A stretch of 64,000 nucleotides of DNA from Patescibacteria group bacterium (GTDB lineage: Bacteria; Patescibacteriota; Patescibacteriia; UBA9934): assembly GCA_018062825.1 (NCBI GenBank), contig JAGORL010000002.1, positions 129,629 to 193,628 of the forward strand. Direction: 5' to 3'. Below, one piece after another: positions 1 through 8,790 of this stretch. The notes under the pieces are model-generated. The model did not search any database and was not told the origin of the DNA. It worked only from the letters and a program-made list of their open reading frames with translations. A program made the translations under genes and the position numbers. The number at the start of each line of letters is the position of its first letter. Position 1 is the stretch's first letter.

Positions 1-99
1 AGAGCAGCGAGCGGAGCAAGGACTCCGGTCGCGGCTGGAAGCGCAACAAGCCCCTCTCCGCCCGCGAGCGCAAGCAGCTCGTCCGGAGCGCCGCCTAGG
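1..99 (+). CDS. 3' end of an acidic protein gene (partial). Its C-terminus 'DSGRGWKRNKPLSARERKQLVRSAA*' is paralogous to the C-terminus of the 615..1361 product.
   Basis: Frame-3 translation ends at TAG 97-99. The C-terminus carries an RGWK basic tail similar to '...DRGWKSKRQWQKGRDNRLSRHEARAGLNSIVRRQSA*' of the downstream gene. A terminator follows. Confidence 0.35.
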
Positions 100-124
100 T
101 CGCCTCGCGACCAAGCAGGCACAC

Positions 125-170
125 GCCACCTTATTTCCTCGCACGGAAGTAGGGTGGCTTTCTTTTTATC
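125..170 (+). terminator. Rho-independent terminator: GCCACC...GGTGGC hairpin followed by a T-tract.
   Basis: gccaccttatttcctcgcacggaagtagggtggc followed by tttctttttat, immediately after the partial ORF stop. Confidence 0.6.
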
Positions 171-240
171 CCTACTCCCTACCTACAGCCCCAACGTAGT
201 CCGGCCCTACCGGACGAAGTGGGCCTATACCCCACCCCCT
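168..240. repeat. Dispersed structured repeat, copy A. Core CAGCCCCAACG-gtccgg/ccggac hairpin-CGAAGTGGGCC, with CCCTACTCCCTA flanks.
   Basis: Core 186-225 recurs at 16086-16119, 31252-31291 and 46164-46203 with the same flanks but compensatory stem changes. Confidence 0.75.
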
Positions 241-243
241 CCA

Positions 244-272
244 TTGACTTTTTCGCTAATTTCTGCTATGAT
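244..272 (+). promoter_or_regulatory. Sigma70-type extended -10 promoter: TTGACT-N17-TGcTATGAT.
   Basis: ttgactttttcgctaatttctgctatgat. The spacer and -10 are nearly identical to the promoter at 46089-46117, with a shared 'ttttcgctaatttctgctat' motif. Confidence 0.6.
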
Positions 273-315
273 CCTCGGTTGCTCACTTTTCAGAAATGAA
301 AAGATTGGGCACAAT

Positions 316-489
316 CATCACCATGTTTTCGGAGGATAGTGATGGCGTTCTGGGCTGGTTCTGCTAGTCCTTAACGCCGGCAGGCAGGTACCTCACCGGG
401 CTCCGGCTCGCTGATGGCACGCGCGCTTGTCACGGCATACATCGTTTTCGAACGATCACTGCGCCCCTGCCTCCGAAAACATGGTGATG
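316..489 (+). other. Structured 5'-leader element bounded by a perfect 20-bp inverted repeat (316-335 and 470-489). An internal UUCG hairpin lies at 441-456. It could be a cis-regulatory RNA or a MITE-like insertion.
   Basis: catcaccatgttttcggagg and cctccgaaaacatggtgatg are exact reverse complements. The internal hairpin is atcgtt-ttcg-aacgat. The element lies between the 244-272 promoter and the ATG at 615. Confidence 0.35.
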
Positions 490-614
490 ATTGTTTTTAA
501 CGAAGTTAAAAAACATCCCGAACAACATGAGGGATCCTGTGCCATAAACACAGGACATCATTACCACCGCCCCTTTCACTCAGTCATCCGCAACCCCGCA
601 CCCAGGAGCACGCC

Positions 615-1361
615 ATGTTCTTCACCTCCCTCTCCAGCGACCACGAAGGTAACGAGCTGCTCACCGTGTACGTCGGCAACGGCCTCAACCTCGCCGTCCT
701 CATGACGGCAATCGAGAACCCCGATCTCAGCGATGAGATCGACGAAGCGATCGAGGAGGGGCGCAACGTCGTCACGACGATGATCCTCATCGAAGACGAA
801 CCCCACGAGCAGCCGTTCGACGGCGTTGGCGGGTGGTCTACCGAGGACATCCCCCTGGAAAATGTCTTCATCTCTGAGGACCTCCCGCGCGTCTGGACCT
901 TGGAGGACGACGGGATGACGTGCTACATCTTCATCCCGGTCATCGCGCTCGATGAAGCGGATCAGGAGGAAGAGCTGCCGCCCCCGAGCGAGCCCTTCTT
1001 CCGACAGAATGACGAGCGTGAAGACGCGGTCTACAACGAGGAATGGGCACCGGTCTCGACCAACGATCTGATGACGGACGACGAGACCGACAGCATCGAC
1101 CCCGCCGATCTGGAGTGGTGGAGCGAGGAGGAGCTCAACGCCATCCTCATTCCCGTCGAAGAAGACGAAGAGCCCAACGAGCTCGCGGATCTGGACGTGG
1201 ATCTCACCAAGAACGACGCGCCCGACCCCAAGAAGGGCCAGCGTATCAGCGATCGCGGCTGGAAGAGCAAGCGTCAGTGGCAGAAGGGACGGGACAACCG
1301 TCTCTCCCGCCACGAGGCCCGAGCTGGCCTCAACTCCATCGTCCGGCGCCAGAGCGCCTGA
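615..1361 (+). CDS. Highly acidic (D/E-rich) hypothetical protein, GC-rich.
   Basis: 248-aa ORF with plausible composition. The antisense 264-aa ORF is L/V/G/R-rich junk. A + strand promoter lies upstream and a + strand terminator downstream. Confidence 0.6.
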   Translation: MFFTSLSSDHEGNELLTVYVGNGLNLAVLMTAIENPDLSDEIDEAIEEGRNVVTTMILIEDEPHEQPFDGVGGWSTEDIPLENVFISEDLPRVWTLEDDGMTCYIFIPVIALDEADQEEELPPPSEPFFRQNDEREDAVYNEEWAPVSTNDLMTDDETDSIDPADLEWWSEEELNAILIPVEEDEEPNELADLDVDLTKNDAPDPKKGQRISDRGWKSKRQWQKGRDNRLSRHEARAGLNSIVRRQSA

Positions 1362-1371
1362 CGACAACACG

Positions 1372-1412
1372 CCACCTCACTCCCCCGCGCGGGCGTGAGG
1401 TGGTTTTCTTTT
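1372..1412 (+). terminator. Rho-independent terminator: 9-bp stem CCACCTCAC/GTGAGGTGG followed by TTTTCTTTT.
   Basis: Directly after the TGA stop at 1359-1361. Confidence 0.7.
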
Positions 1413-1414
1413 AA

Positions 1415-1441
1415 AACAAAAAACGCCGATTTTTTCGGCGC
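1415..1441 (-). terminator. Rho-independent terminator for the minus-strand glycosyltransferase gene.
   Basis: Minus strand reads aaagcgccgaaaaaatcggcgtttttt, a hairpin followed by a T-run. Confidence 0.55.
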
Positions 1442-1459
1442 TTTGTCAAAATGTAAAAA

Positions 1460-2578
1460 TCACTGAAGAAGTACACCTAAGGTCTTTTGAGCAGTTGCTT
1501 CCCAAGAAAAATGCGCAACGCGCAACTTCCCTTTCTCAATCAGCTCATCACGCTTAACGCCCGAAAAAACAAGTTCGGAAAGCCTGGCCGCAAATGCCGG
1601 AGCATCACTTGGCGCCGCATAAAGCGCCGCCTCTCCGCACACCTCATGCATCACCGGAATATCACTCGCAATGACCGGCGAACCAAAACGCATCGCTTCA
1701 AGTACCGGCAAACCGAAACCTTCACCAATTGAAGGGAGAACTGTAGCAAAGGCCCCAGAATACAAAGCTAAGAGCTGCTCATCACGCACAAAACCAAGCT
1801 CAACAATATCTTCTTTCACCAGTGAATCAGCAATCTCGGCCTGAATCTTTTCATACTGATACCCTCGAGAACCAACAAGTACGAGCTTAAGCGGATGTCC
1901 AACCCCAAGCCGTTCTTTCAAAAGCGTAAAAGCACGAACAAGCGTGGCTACGTTCTTCTTAGCCTCTAGTCGACCAACGTATAAAACATAAAACGACGGA
2001 GCTAGTCGCAATGCACGAAGCGTGGCACCAACATCTAAAACCGCCACATCATCGGCAAATCCTGAGGCAAGTGGCGTCACCGTAATGCGATCAGCGTCAG
2101 CTTTAAAAAAACGAACGAGATCGGATTTAGTAGAAGCCGAAACCGCTAAAATTGACTCCGCTTCTTTTACCGCACGCTTCGTAGCCCAGTTAAGCCGCTT
2201 AAGTAACGACGGTTGATACACCTGCGGCGCAAATGCCTGCACCACATCATGAACAGTAGTCACTATGCGAGTACCTCGATGCAAAAAAGGAATCTCGTGC
2301 GCTGGCGCAAAGTAAACGTCCGGCGGTCGCACGAGCAGCTCCAGTGAGAGTCGGACGTGAGTAAAGCCTTTTTTGAGCGGATAGCTAAGCGAACGCCAAA
2401 GCCACTGTGGCGGAAGTGCAATATCAGCCGGCAAAGCGCCCTTAGCAACAAGTTCAAAAATAACGCCTGCCGGTACGGGTAATCTCATCATGGCTAAAAG
2501 AAGCTGACGCGCATAGCGCTCAACTCCTGTTGGATGAGATTTAAGAAGTGCGCTAGCGTCGATCATGATCCGCTTCAT
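1460..2578 (-). CDS. Glycosyltransferase family 1 (GT-B, GT4-like).
   Basis: The C-terminal 'EGFGLPVLEAMRFGSPVIASD' EX7E-type motif is typical of GT1. The start was trimmed to MKRIMIDASALL to avoid overlapping mreB; the ORF track gives 1460..2653. Confidence 0.75.
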   Translation of the reverse strand: MKRIMIDASALLKSHPTGVERYARQLLLAMMRLPVPAGVIFELVAKGALPADIALPPQWLWRSLSYPLKKGFTHVRLSLELLVRPPDVYFAPAHEIPFLHRGTRIVTTVHDVVQAFAPQVYQPSLLKRLNWATKRAVKEAESILAVSASTKSDLVRFFKADADRITVTPLASGFADDVAVLDVGATLRALRLAPSFYVLYVGRLEAKKNVATLVRAFTLLKERLGVGHPLKLVLVGSRGYQYEKIQAEIADSLVKEDIVELGFVRDEQLLALYSGAFATVLPSIGEGFGLPVLEAMRFGSPVIASDIPVMHEVCGEAALYAAPSDAPAFAARLSELVFSGVKRDELIEKGKLRVAHFSWEATAQKTLGVLLQ

Positions 2579-2600
2579 ATCGCTAGCTATCCTAACAATC

Positions 2601-3608
2601 TTATGACGAGCTGAAAAGCGAACGCTTGTAAGCATCAAGGTTCTCAAGCGCAAGTCCAGTGCCTCGAGCTACACAAAGCTGCGGATCTTCTGCCACGTAA
2701 CAAGGAACACTCGTAGCTTCCGTAATGAGTCGATCAAGGTTGCGTAACTGACTAGAGCCACCAGAAAGCACAATACCCTTATCCATCACATCTGCTGAAA
2801 GTTCAGGCGGCGTTTGGTTAAGCACCTCCTTCAAAGCAATAATAATACCGTTCAAGAGCTCATGAATCGCCTCAGTCACGTCATCAGAAGTCACCTCAAT
2901 GATCTTCGGTAATCCAGTAATCATGTCGCGACCCTTCACCTCAAGGCGCAATTTCTCCTGCAAATACATCGCGGAACCGCAACGAATCTTAATCTCTTCT
3001 GCCGTACGCTCACCAATCGCCAAGTTATAGGTTCGACGCACGTATTCCATAATGGCGTAATCAAACTTCACCCCACCAATACGCACCGAGGTAGAGGCAA
3101 CGATACCGCCCAAAGAAATAACCGCCATCTCACTTGTTCCGCCTCCAATTTCAACAATCATGTGCCCATTCGGGCTACCGATTGGAATGTTCGCGCCGAT
3201 TGCCGCCACAATCGGCTGCTTAATGATATAAGCCGCCTTAGCTCCGGCAGAAATAGCCGCATCAATAACAGCACGTCGCTCAGTGGAAGTAATACCGCCA
3301 GGAACCGCGATCATGACCTCTGGACGCAGTAAACGAACGCCACCAAGCGCTTTATTAATAAAATACCGAAGCATAGCTTCAGTTGTACCGTAGTCAGCAA
3401 TAACGCCATCTTTAAGCGGACGGCGCGCAACAATTGTGTCAGGCGTACGGCCAAGCATGTCTTTTGCCTCCTTGCCAACTGCAAGCACACTCCTGTCACC
3501 CTTTGAAATAGCAACAACCGACGGTTCATTAATAATAATGCCGCGCTTAGGTACGTAGACAAGTACCGTGGTCGTACCAAGGTCAATACCAATTTTTTTG
3601 CCAAACAT
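2601..3608 (-). CDS. mreB: Rod-shape determining actin homologue MreB.
   Basis: MFGKKIGIDLGTTTVLVYV...NEPSVVAI is an actin-fold MreB signature. Confidence 0.9.
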   Translation of the reverse strand: MFGKKIGIDLGTTTVLVYVPKRGIIINEPSVVAISKGDRSVLAVGKEAKDMLGRTPDTIVARRPLKDGVIADYGTTEAMLRYFINKALGGVRLLRPEVMIAVPGGITSTERRAVIDAAISAGAKAAYIIKQPIVAAIGANIPIGSPNGHMIVEIGGGTSEMAVISLGGIVASTSVRIGGVKFDYAIMEYVRRTYNLAIGERTAEEIKIRCGSAMYLQEKLRLEVKGRDMITGLPKIIEVTSDDVTEAIHELLNGIIIALKEVLNQTPPELSADVMDKGIVLSGGSSQLRNLDRLITEATSVPCYVAEDPQLCVARGTGLALENLDAYKRSLFSSS

Positions 3609-3610
3609 AG

Positions 3611-5668
3611 CTACCGCTTCAGCCGCACGCGGAAATGCTGATCTTGAGTAAGAACAGCATCAACAACATACGAGGTATTGAAATATTCTGCCGCAGCTTC
3701 ACCCGGAGTGGCAGTTGCCACCGTCGTACCAAAGTCCAAGTGCAGTGTCAAAAGAGTTTCCCCCGATCCCATCTGCTTCAGAGCCGTTAATTGATAATCA
3801 CCTCGAGAAATAGCCTCAATGACGCCAGGGGCAAGATCGTATTCAAACGTGACAGCATGCATATCCCCCGGTTCAACAGCAAAAAATCCACCAAACGTAG
3901 CAAAGCCTCGATCAACACCAAGTACAACCGGCGCCGCTAACGCTTGTGGATTCTCAATGGCGTCCCCAGCTAAAAAACCACTCGCTGAAATAAGTCGAGA
4001 ACCTTCGGGAACATACAGCTGCACATAATTTCGATACGCAGCGTCATTAAGTCCGCCTGTATGATCATACGTAACTCGAACCGTGGCTCGATAACCCTCA
4101 CCGTGCGGAGTCAGAGAGTACTCAATCGATCGATCAATAAGTGCATCGCTCACCGTGCTTACATTTGCGTCAACAACAAGTAACGTATCTTGGAACTGAT
4201 GAGCGACAAGTGAACCGCTCCAATTTTGAAGGTCAAAAGTTGACTGGGTAGCGGCATCACTACTAACAACCGCCAATTCTTTAGCGGCAAAGGCCTCATG
4301 CATCAAAGAAAAACCATCTGACCACCTACTTGGAGAAAGTGCGAACAATCGATCGGTTAACGCCAAGAATAAAGTCTGCAAAACCGCTGGATCCTCAAGG
4401 CTAAGCGCTAAAAGGTCAGGTAAATCCTGACGAGCATAGGTAACCCCATCAATCTGAACCGAACCTACAAGAAGAAATAATCGCTCAAAAAAGGCAGGTG
4501 TAACCGCAATCACCCCATCTACCTGCGGCGGCGTTAAACCAAGAAACGCCATCTCCTGACGAGTTAGCGCCGTAACTACCCGCGCCGTTTCCGGCATATG
4601 GGCCGACCAAGCGCTGTCAGCAATAAGCCAACTGGAAACGTCATGATATTCACGCAGTACATCAGGAACGGTAGCCGTATAGCCTGCAAAAAGCGCGGAA
4701 CTATCAAGCGTCTGTACATCTGTCGCTGCAAAAGAAACTATCTCTCCATCACGAATAAGAAGCTGGCCAACAATGGCAACAACACCTCCACCCGGACGAA
4801 GAGCGCCATCATCAAGGTACGCAACAAGTAACCGCTGATCAGTATTAAGTCCCGCAAACTCCGGAGCTATAGCAGCAAGCGGCTGCAAAACTTCAACCGT
4901 AGCAACCAGTTCCGGCAGCATAGACTGAAGTGGCAGCACAGCCTCAGTAATACGAGGATGAGCATTGAGTGCGTCAAGTCGCGCTAAATCATCTTGAGCC
5001 AATCGCAACCGAACCTCCATAGAACGCAAAGCGCCACTCGCGTTCGACAGCGCCCATAAAAGACGCTCTTTCTCAAGAGTAGAAAGGTCAGCATAGGGCC
5101 GAACGTCACCGGCGCCTGTAACAAGCACACCAGACAAACCATCAACACTTGCAAAAATATCTTCAGCAACCACAAAGCCATCAAGAAGAACGCTCACCGT
5201 GTGACTCGCGGCCGACGTCGCTCTACCTCCAGCCTCAAGTTGATCACCAAGGCCTGGCACGATCTTTAGATAGCTTAAACGCGACAATCCTCGCTCCATG
5301 CGTAAAAGGCCCGACTGAGCATCGGTGAGTGCTGTTCGCACCATAGGTAAATCAAGCTCTTCGCCAGACTCCTGTGCCACCGTTAAAGCCGTACGCGCGA
5401 GAACAGCGCCCTGAACAACGTCAACAAGCGCCACAACCGTAAGAATAGTAGCCGTTACCATCGATAGAAACGCTACAAGAAGCAGCTGCTTCAGTCCCCG
5501 TGACCAAACACGTCGCGGCCCACCCCCTGTACTTCCAACAATCGGCACCGGCGGCACAAAATCAAGCGAAGGCTTGGCTAAAAAAAGATCAGGCTCAGGC
5601 GTATGAAGCGCTCGAGGGGGCTGGCCAGGAACAAAAGAAACGCCACGAGAAGACATACTACTCGTCAA
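3611..5668 (-). CDS. Large membrane-anchored protein with an 'LRPGGG' motif (DUF4012-like). Paralog of 5658..7688.
   Basis: N-terminal TM helix. Motifs shared with the neighbour: LRPGGGVVAIVG, GYRATV and TFGGF. Confidence 0.5.
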   Translation of the reverse strand: MTSSMSSRGVSFVPGQPPRALHTPEPDLFLAKPSLDFVPPVPIVGSTGGGPRRVWSRGLKQLLLVAFLSMVTATILTVVALVDVVQGAVLARTALTVAQESGEELDLPMVRTALTDAQSGLLRMERGLSRLSYLKIVPGLGDQLEAGGRATSAASHTVSVLLDGFVVAEDIFASVDGLSGVLVTGAGDVRPYADLSTLEKERLLWALSNASGALRSMEVRLRLAQDDLARLDALNAHPRITEAVLPLQSMLPELVATVEVLQPLAAIAPEFAGLNTDQRLLVAYLDDGALRPGGGVVAIVGQLLIRDGEIVSFAATDVQTLDSSALFAGYTATVPDVLREYHDVSSWLIADSAWSAHMPETARVVTALTRQEMAFLGLTPPQVDGVIAVTPAFFERLFLLVGSVQIDGVTYARQDLPDLLALSLEDPAVLQTLFLALTDRLFALSPSRWSDGFSLMHEAFAAKELAVVSSDAATQSTFDLQNWSGSLVAHQFQDTLLVVDANVSTVSDALIDRSIEYSLTPHGEGYRATVRVTYDHTGGLNDAAYRNYVQLYVPEGSRLISASGFLAGDAIENPQALAAPVVLGVDRGFATFGGFFAVEPGDMHAVTFEYDLAPGVIEAISRGDYQLTALKQMGSGETLLTLHLDFGTTVATATPGEAAAEYFNTSYVVDAVLTQDQHFRVRLKR

Positions 5669-7688
5669 GAACTACCCAGAAATGACGATCGGTGTGAAGA
5701 TCAGTTCTAAATATATAAGAGTCATCACCAAAATCATCCTCACGTTCAGGTGGCGAAGCAAAGCGAACCACCTGATCAAAACCAAGATCAAGATTGACTC
5801 GATTATCGTAACCACCCATCTGCTTCAAAAGTTGCAGCGTGTAATAACCACGATCAATCGCCGCCACCACTGTTTGCGGTAAGTCGTACACAAAACGAAC
5901 GGTGTGCGTAGCACCCAAATCCACAAAGGCAAAACCGCCAAAACTCGTTAAACCGAATTCATCTGCAACCGCCACTGCTCCCGGAGAACGCGTCGGATCA
6001 CGATCCGGTGAATCCTTCATAATCCCCTGCGCGTAAACAAGCTCAGAACCACGAGGCACAAAAAGTCGCAAATATGTACGGTAGCGATTCGTTTTGTAAT
6101 CAGCAACTGTTGCCGTATTTTCATACACGATCGTTACCGTTGCCCGGTAGCCACCGTTATATGGTCGCAACTGGTACGTAACATCACGCTCCATGACAAG
6201 ATCAGTCTTCAAGCCACCAAGATTAGCGTCAACAAGCATGAGCGTGTCATCAGCAAGTCCTGGGTTAATGACAGCTGCCCAATGAGCATCGATAAGCGCC
6301 TTTTGAGTAGCGTCATCGTAGCTCATAAGAGCAATGGATTTTTGCGCGAACTCTTCATTGAGAAGCTCAAAAAACTCCGGCCAATCTGACGGTGAAAGAT
6401 CAAGAAGCGCATCAACTGCCGCCTCAGTTACTGGACCAAGAATTGATTTACGATCCTCTTCAGACAATCCTTGATCAACATAGTCTTGCTCAACTTGATG
6501 CTGCAAAATCTCATACAAGTTCTCCGAAGTATAGGTAATATCATTCACCGTAATCGGACCAGTGAGCGTAAGAAGATCGGAAATGAACGTTGGCGTAATA
6601 CCAACAACGCCGTGAATCTCCGGCACCGGAACGCCAGCATGCGCATGCTCTTGTCTAAAAAGCTGCACAGTATCACGTGACGTCTGCTCAAAATCAGGAG
6701 CCCACGTACCGTCTCTGAAATACCAGTTGTACTGATCAAGAAAACTTCGGTATGGCGGTGGCGGATTTACAAAATACGGCACCGGACAATTTGATTGATC
6801 GTAGCGTGGCGGACGACCACATACAAGATCATCAACCGCATACGAGTCATCAGTAACAAGATCAACGATCTGACCATCTTTTGTAGTTAAAAGTCCGTAA
6901 TAGCCAATAAAGCCGCCGCCCGGACGCAGCTCAGCATTATTCAAGAAAAGAATAAGGAACTGACGCTCAGCACCAACGCCACCAAACTGCTCAGCGATCG
7001 CTGAAAATGGTGTAAGGACATCAACAAGCGAGATAACTTTCGGTAGCAACTCAACGACCTCATCAACCTGAGTAGCAAGCGCCGGGTGCACTCCAAGCGA
7101 CTGCACACGCTCTAAATCCTGTTCTGCAAGCTGTAAATCGCTCTGCATATCCCGAAGAAGCGGGGTGAATCGAGCAAAAACCGTAATAAGCGCCGCGCGT
7201 TCCGCATCACTAAATGATCCGTACCCAACCTCGGCAATATCATTATTTGCAAACAACTCCTCCTCAAGTCCGGCTTCAGCAAAAACATCCTCAACAATCG
7301 CTACGCCATCTGCCGCAGTATCAAGCATGGTGTCCGCAATACCAAGCACCAGAACAACCGCCTGATAATTATCACGAGTGAGCGTAACATTCTCTAAATA
7401 ACTAAAATAGGAAACACCGTAACGCAGTTTATCCAAGCCTTTACGCGCACGAACAACGGCTGACTCAGCCTTGCGCATATCAACCTCCTCAAGCGCAACC
7501 ATTACATCATTTTTCGATTGCAACAGGAGCTGCGCTCCACGAGCAATGTGCCAAAAGCCAATACCAAAGTACAAAACAACGATCGCAACCGCCGAAACAA
7601 ATGATAAAAATAAAAAGCGTGCGAACGTTAATCGTCGCGGCTTTCGCTCATAAGATTGTGGGAGCTCAGGAAAAGCGGTCACAGGCAA
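5658..7688 (-). CDS. Large membrane-anchored protein with an 'LRPGGG' motif (DUF4012-like). Paralog of 3611..5668.
   Basis: ELRPGGGFIGYYG, GYRATV and TSFGGF motifs, with an N-terminal TM segment. Confidence 0.5.
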   Translation of the reverse strand: MPVTAFPELPQSYERKPRRLTFARFLFLSFVSAVAIVVLYFGIGFWHIARGAQLLLQSKNDVMVALEEVDMRKAESAVVRARKGLDKLRYGVSYFSYLENVTLTRDNYQAVVLVLGIADTMLDTAADGVAIVEDVFAEAGLEEELFANNDIAEVGYGSFSDAERAALITVFARFTPLLRDMQSDLQLAEQDLERVQSLGVHPALATQVDEVVELLPKVISLVDVLTPFSAIAEQFGGVGAERQFLILFLNNAELRPGGGFIGYYGLLTTKDGQIVDLVTDDSYAVDDLVCGRPPRYDQSNCPVPYFVNPPPPYRSFLDQYNWYFRDGTWAPDFEQTSRDTVQLFRQEHAHAGVPVPEIHGVVGITPTFISDLLTLTGPITVNDITYTSENLYEILQHQVEQDYVDQGLSEEDRKSILGPVTEAAVDALLDLSPSDWPEFFELLNEEFAQKSIALMSYDDATQKALIDAHWAAVINPGLADDTLMLVDANLGGLKTDLVMERDVTYQLRPYNGGYRATVTIVYENTATVADYKTNRYRTYLRLFVPRGSELVYAQGIMKDSPDRDPTRSPGAVAVADEFGLTSFGGFAFVDLGATHTVRFVYDLPQTVVAAIDRGYYTLQLLKQMGGYDNRVNLDLGFDQVVRFASPPEREDDFGDDSYIFRTDLHTDRHFWVVLDE

Positions 7689-7738
7689 TGCGAGAGATAC
7701 TCAAAACACTGCAAGTATACCATTCAAACAACTACACA

Positions 7739-8785
7739 CTATCGGCCAATGTACGATCGTATAACTGCCCCGCTGACACGTTGAGTTTTCTTAAGCGCAA
7801 GTCGCTTGGCAAACATTGACGAAAAAACTGCGCGCGAAGACCAAAGCATCCGACGTGTTTCAGGCTCGAGCAAGATCGCATAAAGCAAACGAATAGCTTC
7901 ACCGGGAAAAACACGCCATCCATAACGTAGCGCATCGCCACAGCCAAAGTGCTTAATCAAGAAGTACAGCTGATTACGCGTTGCAAGTGCCGCAGTAAAC
8001 GGACTACGCCCCCTGCGATCCGCCAAAACCTGACGAACTGAGCGCTTATTAGCGCCATACATGCCACGATAATGCCAAGCCTTAGCCGCTGGAACAAAAC
8101 GCGTCTCATGCCCAGCCTTCCGCATTCTAAGCGCTAAATCACAATCCTCTCGATAAGCAAAAAAATCACCATCAAAAAGCTCACCATTTTCTAAAAGCTC
8201 CTTAACAACCGTAGCACGCATCATGAAAAGCGCACCCGCTGGCCCAATAATGTCCCGACGCTCATCATACTGACCCTTATCAACCTCACCAGCGCCACGA
8301 TCAACAAATCGCCACGATGCCTGCAGTTGCAAACCAGTCGTATCTAAAACGTCAGAAAGCGATGGCGTCTGTGACTCAGGATCAGCTCCCCCCTCCGCAG
8401 CAAACGCCCGATAAAGCTTTGGTTGCACTGCTGCCACTGAAACATCTTGCATTAACGCCTCGTACAATTGCCCTAAACATCCGGCATCAAAAATAAGATC
8501 GTAGTTTGAAAAAACGATCGCTTTATCAGACAGGTCATCACCCCAACGCTCTAAAGCGACACGTACAAGTTGATTGTGACCAGTAGCAAAACCTAAATTC
8601 TTAACATTCCGAGCCACAAGGTACTGCGGAAAGTGATCTTGCATGTACGTAAGGGAGCCGTCAGAACTCCCATTATCAAGCACACGAATCGTAAAATCAC
8701 GATACGACTGCTGCGTGAGGCTAGAAAAAAGTTCCGGCAAATATTTCACGCCGTTCCAGGTGAGCATGTGCAAACTAATCTTCAT
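7739..8785 (-). CDS. Glycosyltransferase family 2.
   Basis: The N-terminal 'LTWNGVKYLPELFSSL...RVLDNGSSDGS' is GT-A/GT2 DXD-region architecture. Confidence 0.75.
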   Translation of the reverse strand: MKISLHMLTWNGVKYLPELFSSLTQQSYRDFTIRVLDNGSSDGSLTYMQDHFPQYLVARNVKNLGFATGHNQLVRVALERWGDDLSDKAIVFSNYDLIFDAGCLGQLYEALMQDVSVAAVQPKLYRAFAAEGGADPESQTPSLSDVLDTTGLQLQASWRFVDRGAGEVDKGQYDERRDIIGPAGALFMMRATVVKELLENGELFDGDFFAYREDCDLALRMRKAGHETRFVPAAKAWHYRGMYGANKRSVRQVLADRRGRSPFTAALATRNQLYFLIKHFGCGDALRYGWRVFPGEAIRLLYAILLEPETRRMLWSSRAVFSSMFAKRLALKKTQRVSGAVIRSYIGR

Positions 8786-8790
8786 AGGAT

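Noticed and set aside
154-339. 61-aa ORF spanning the repeat element and promoter at the window start.
   Set aside because: Its sequence is dictated by the dispersed repeat core and the promoter (LSLLPTYSPNVVRPYRTKWAY arises from the repeat). The same 'peptide' would appear wherever the repeat occurs.
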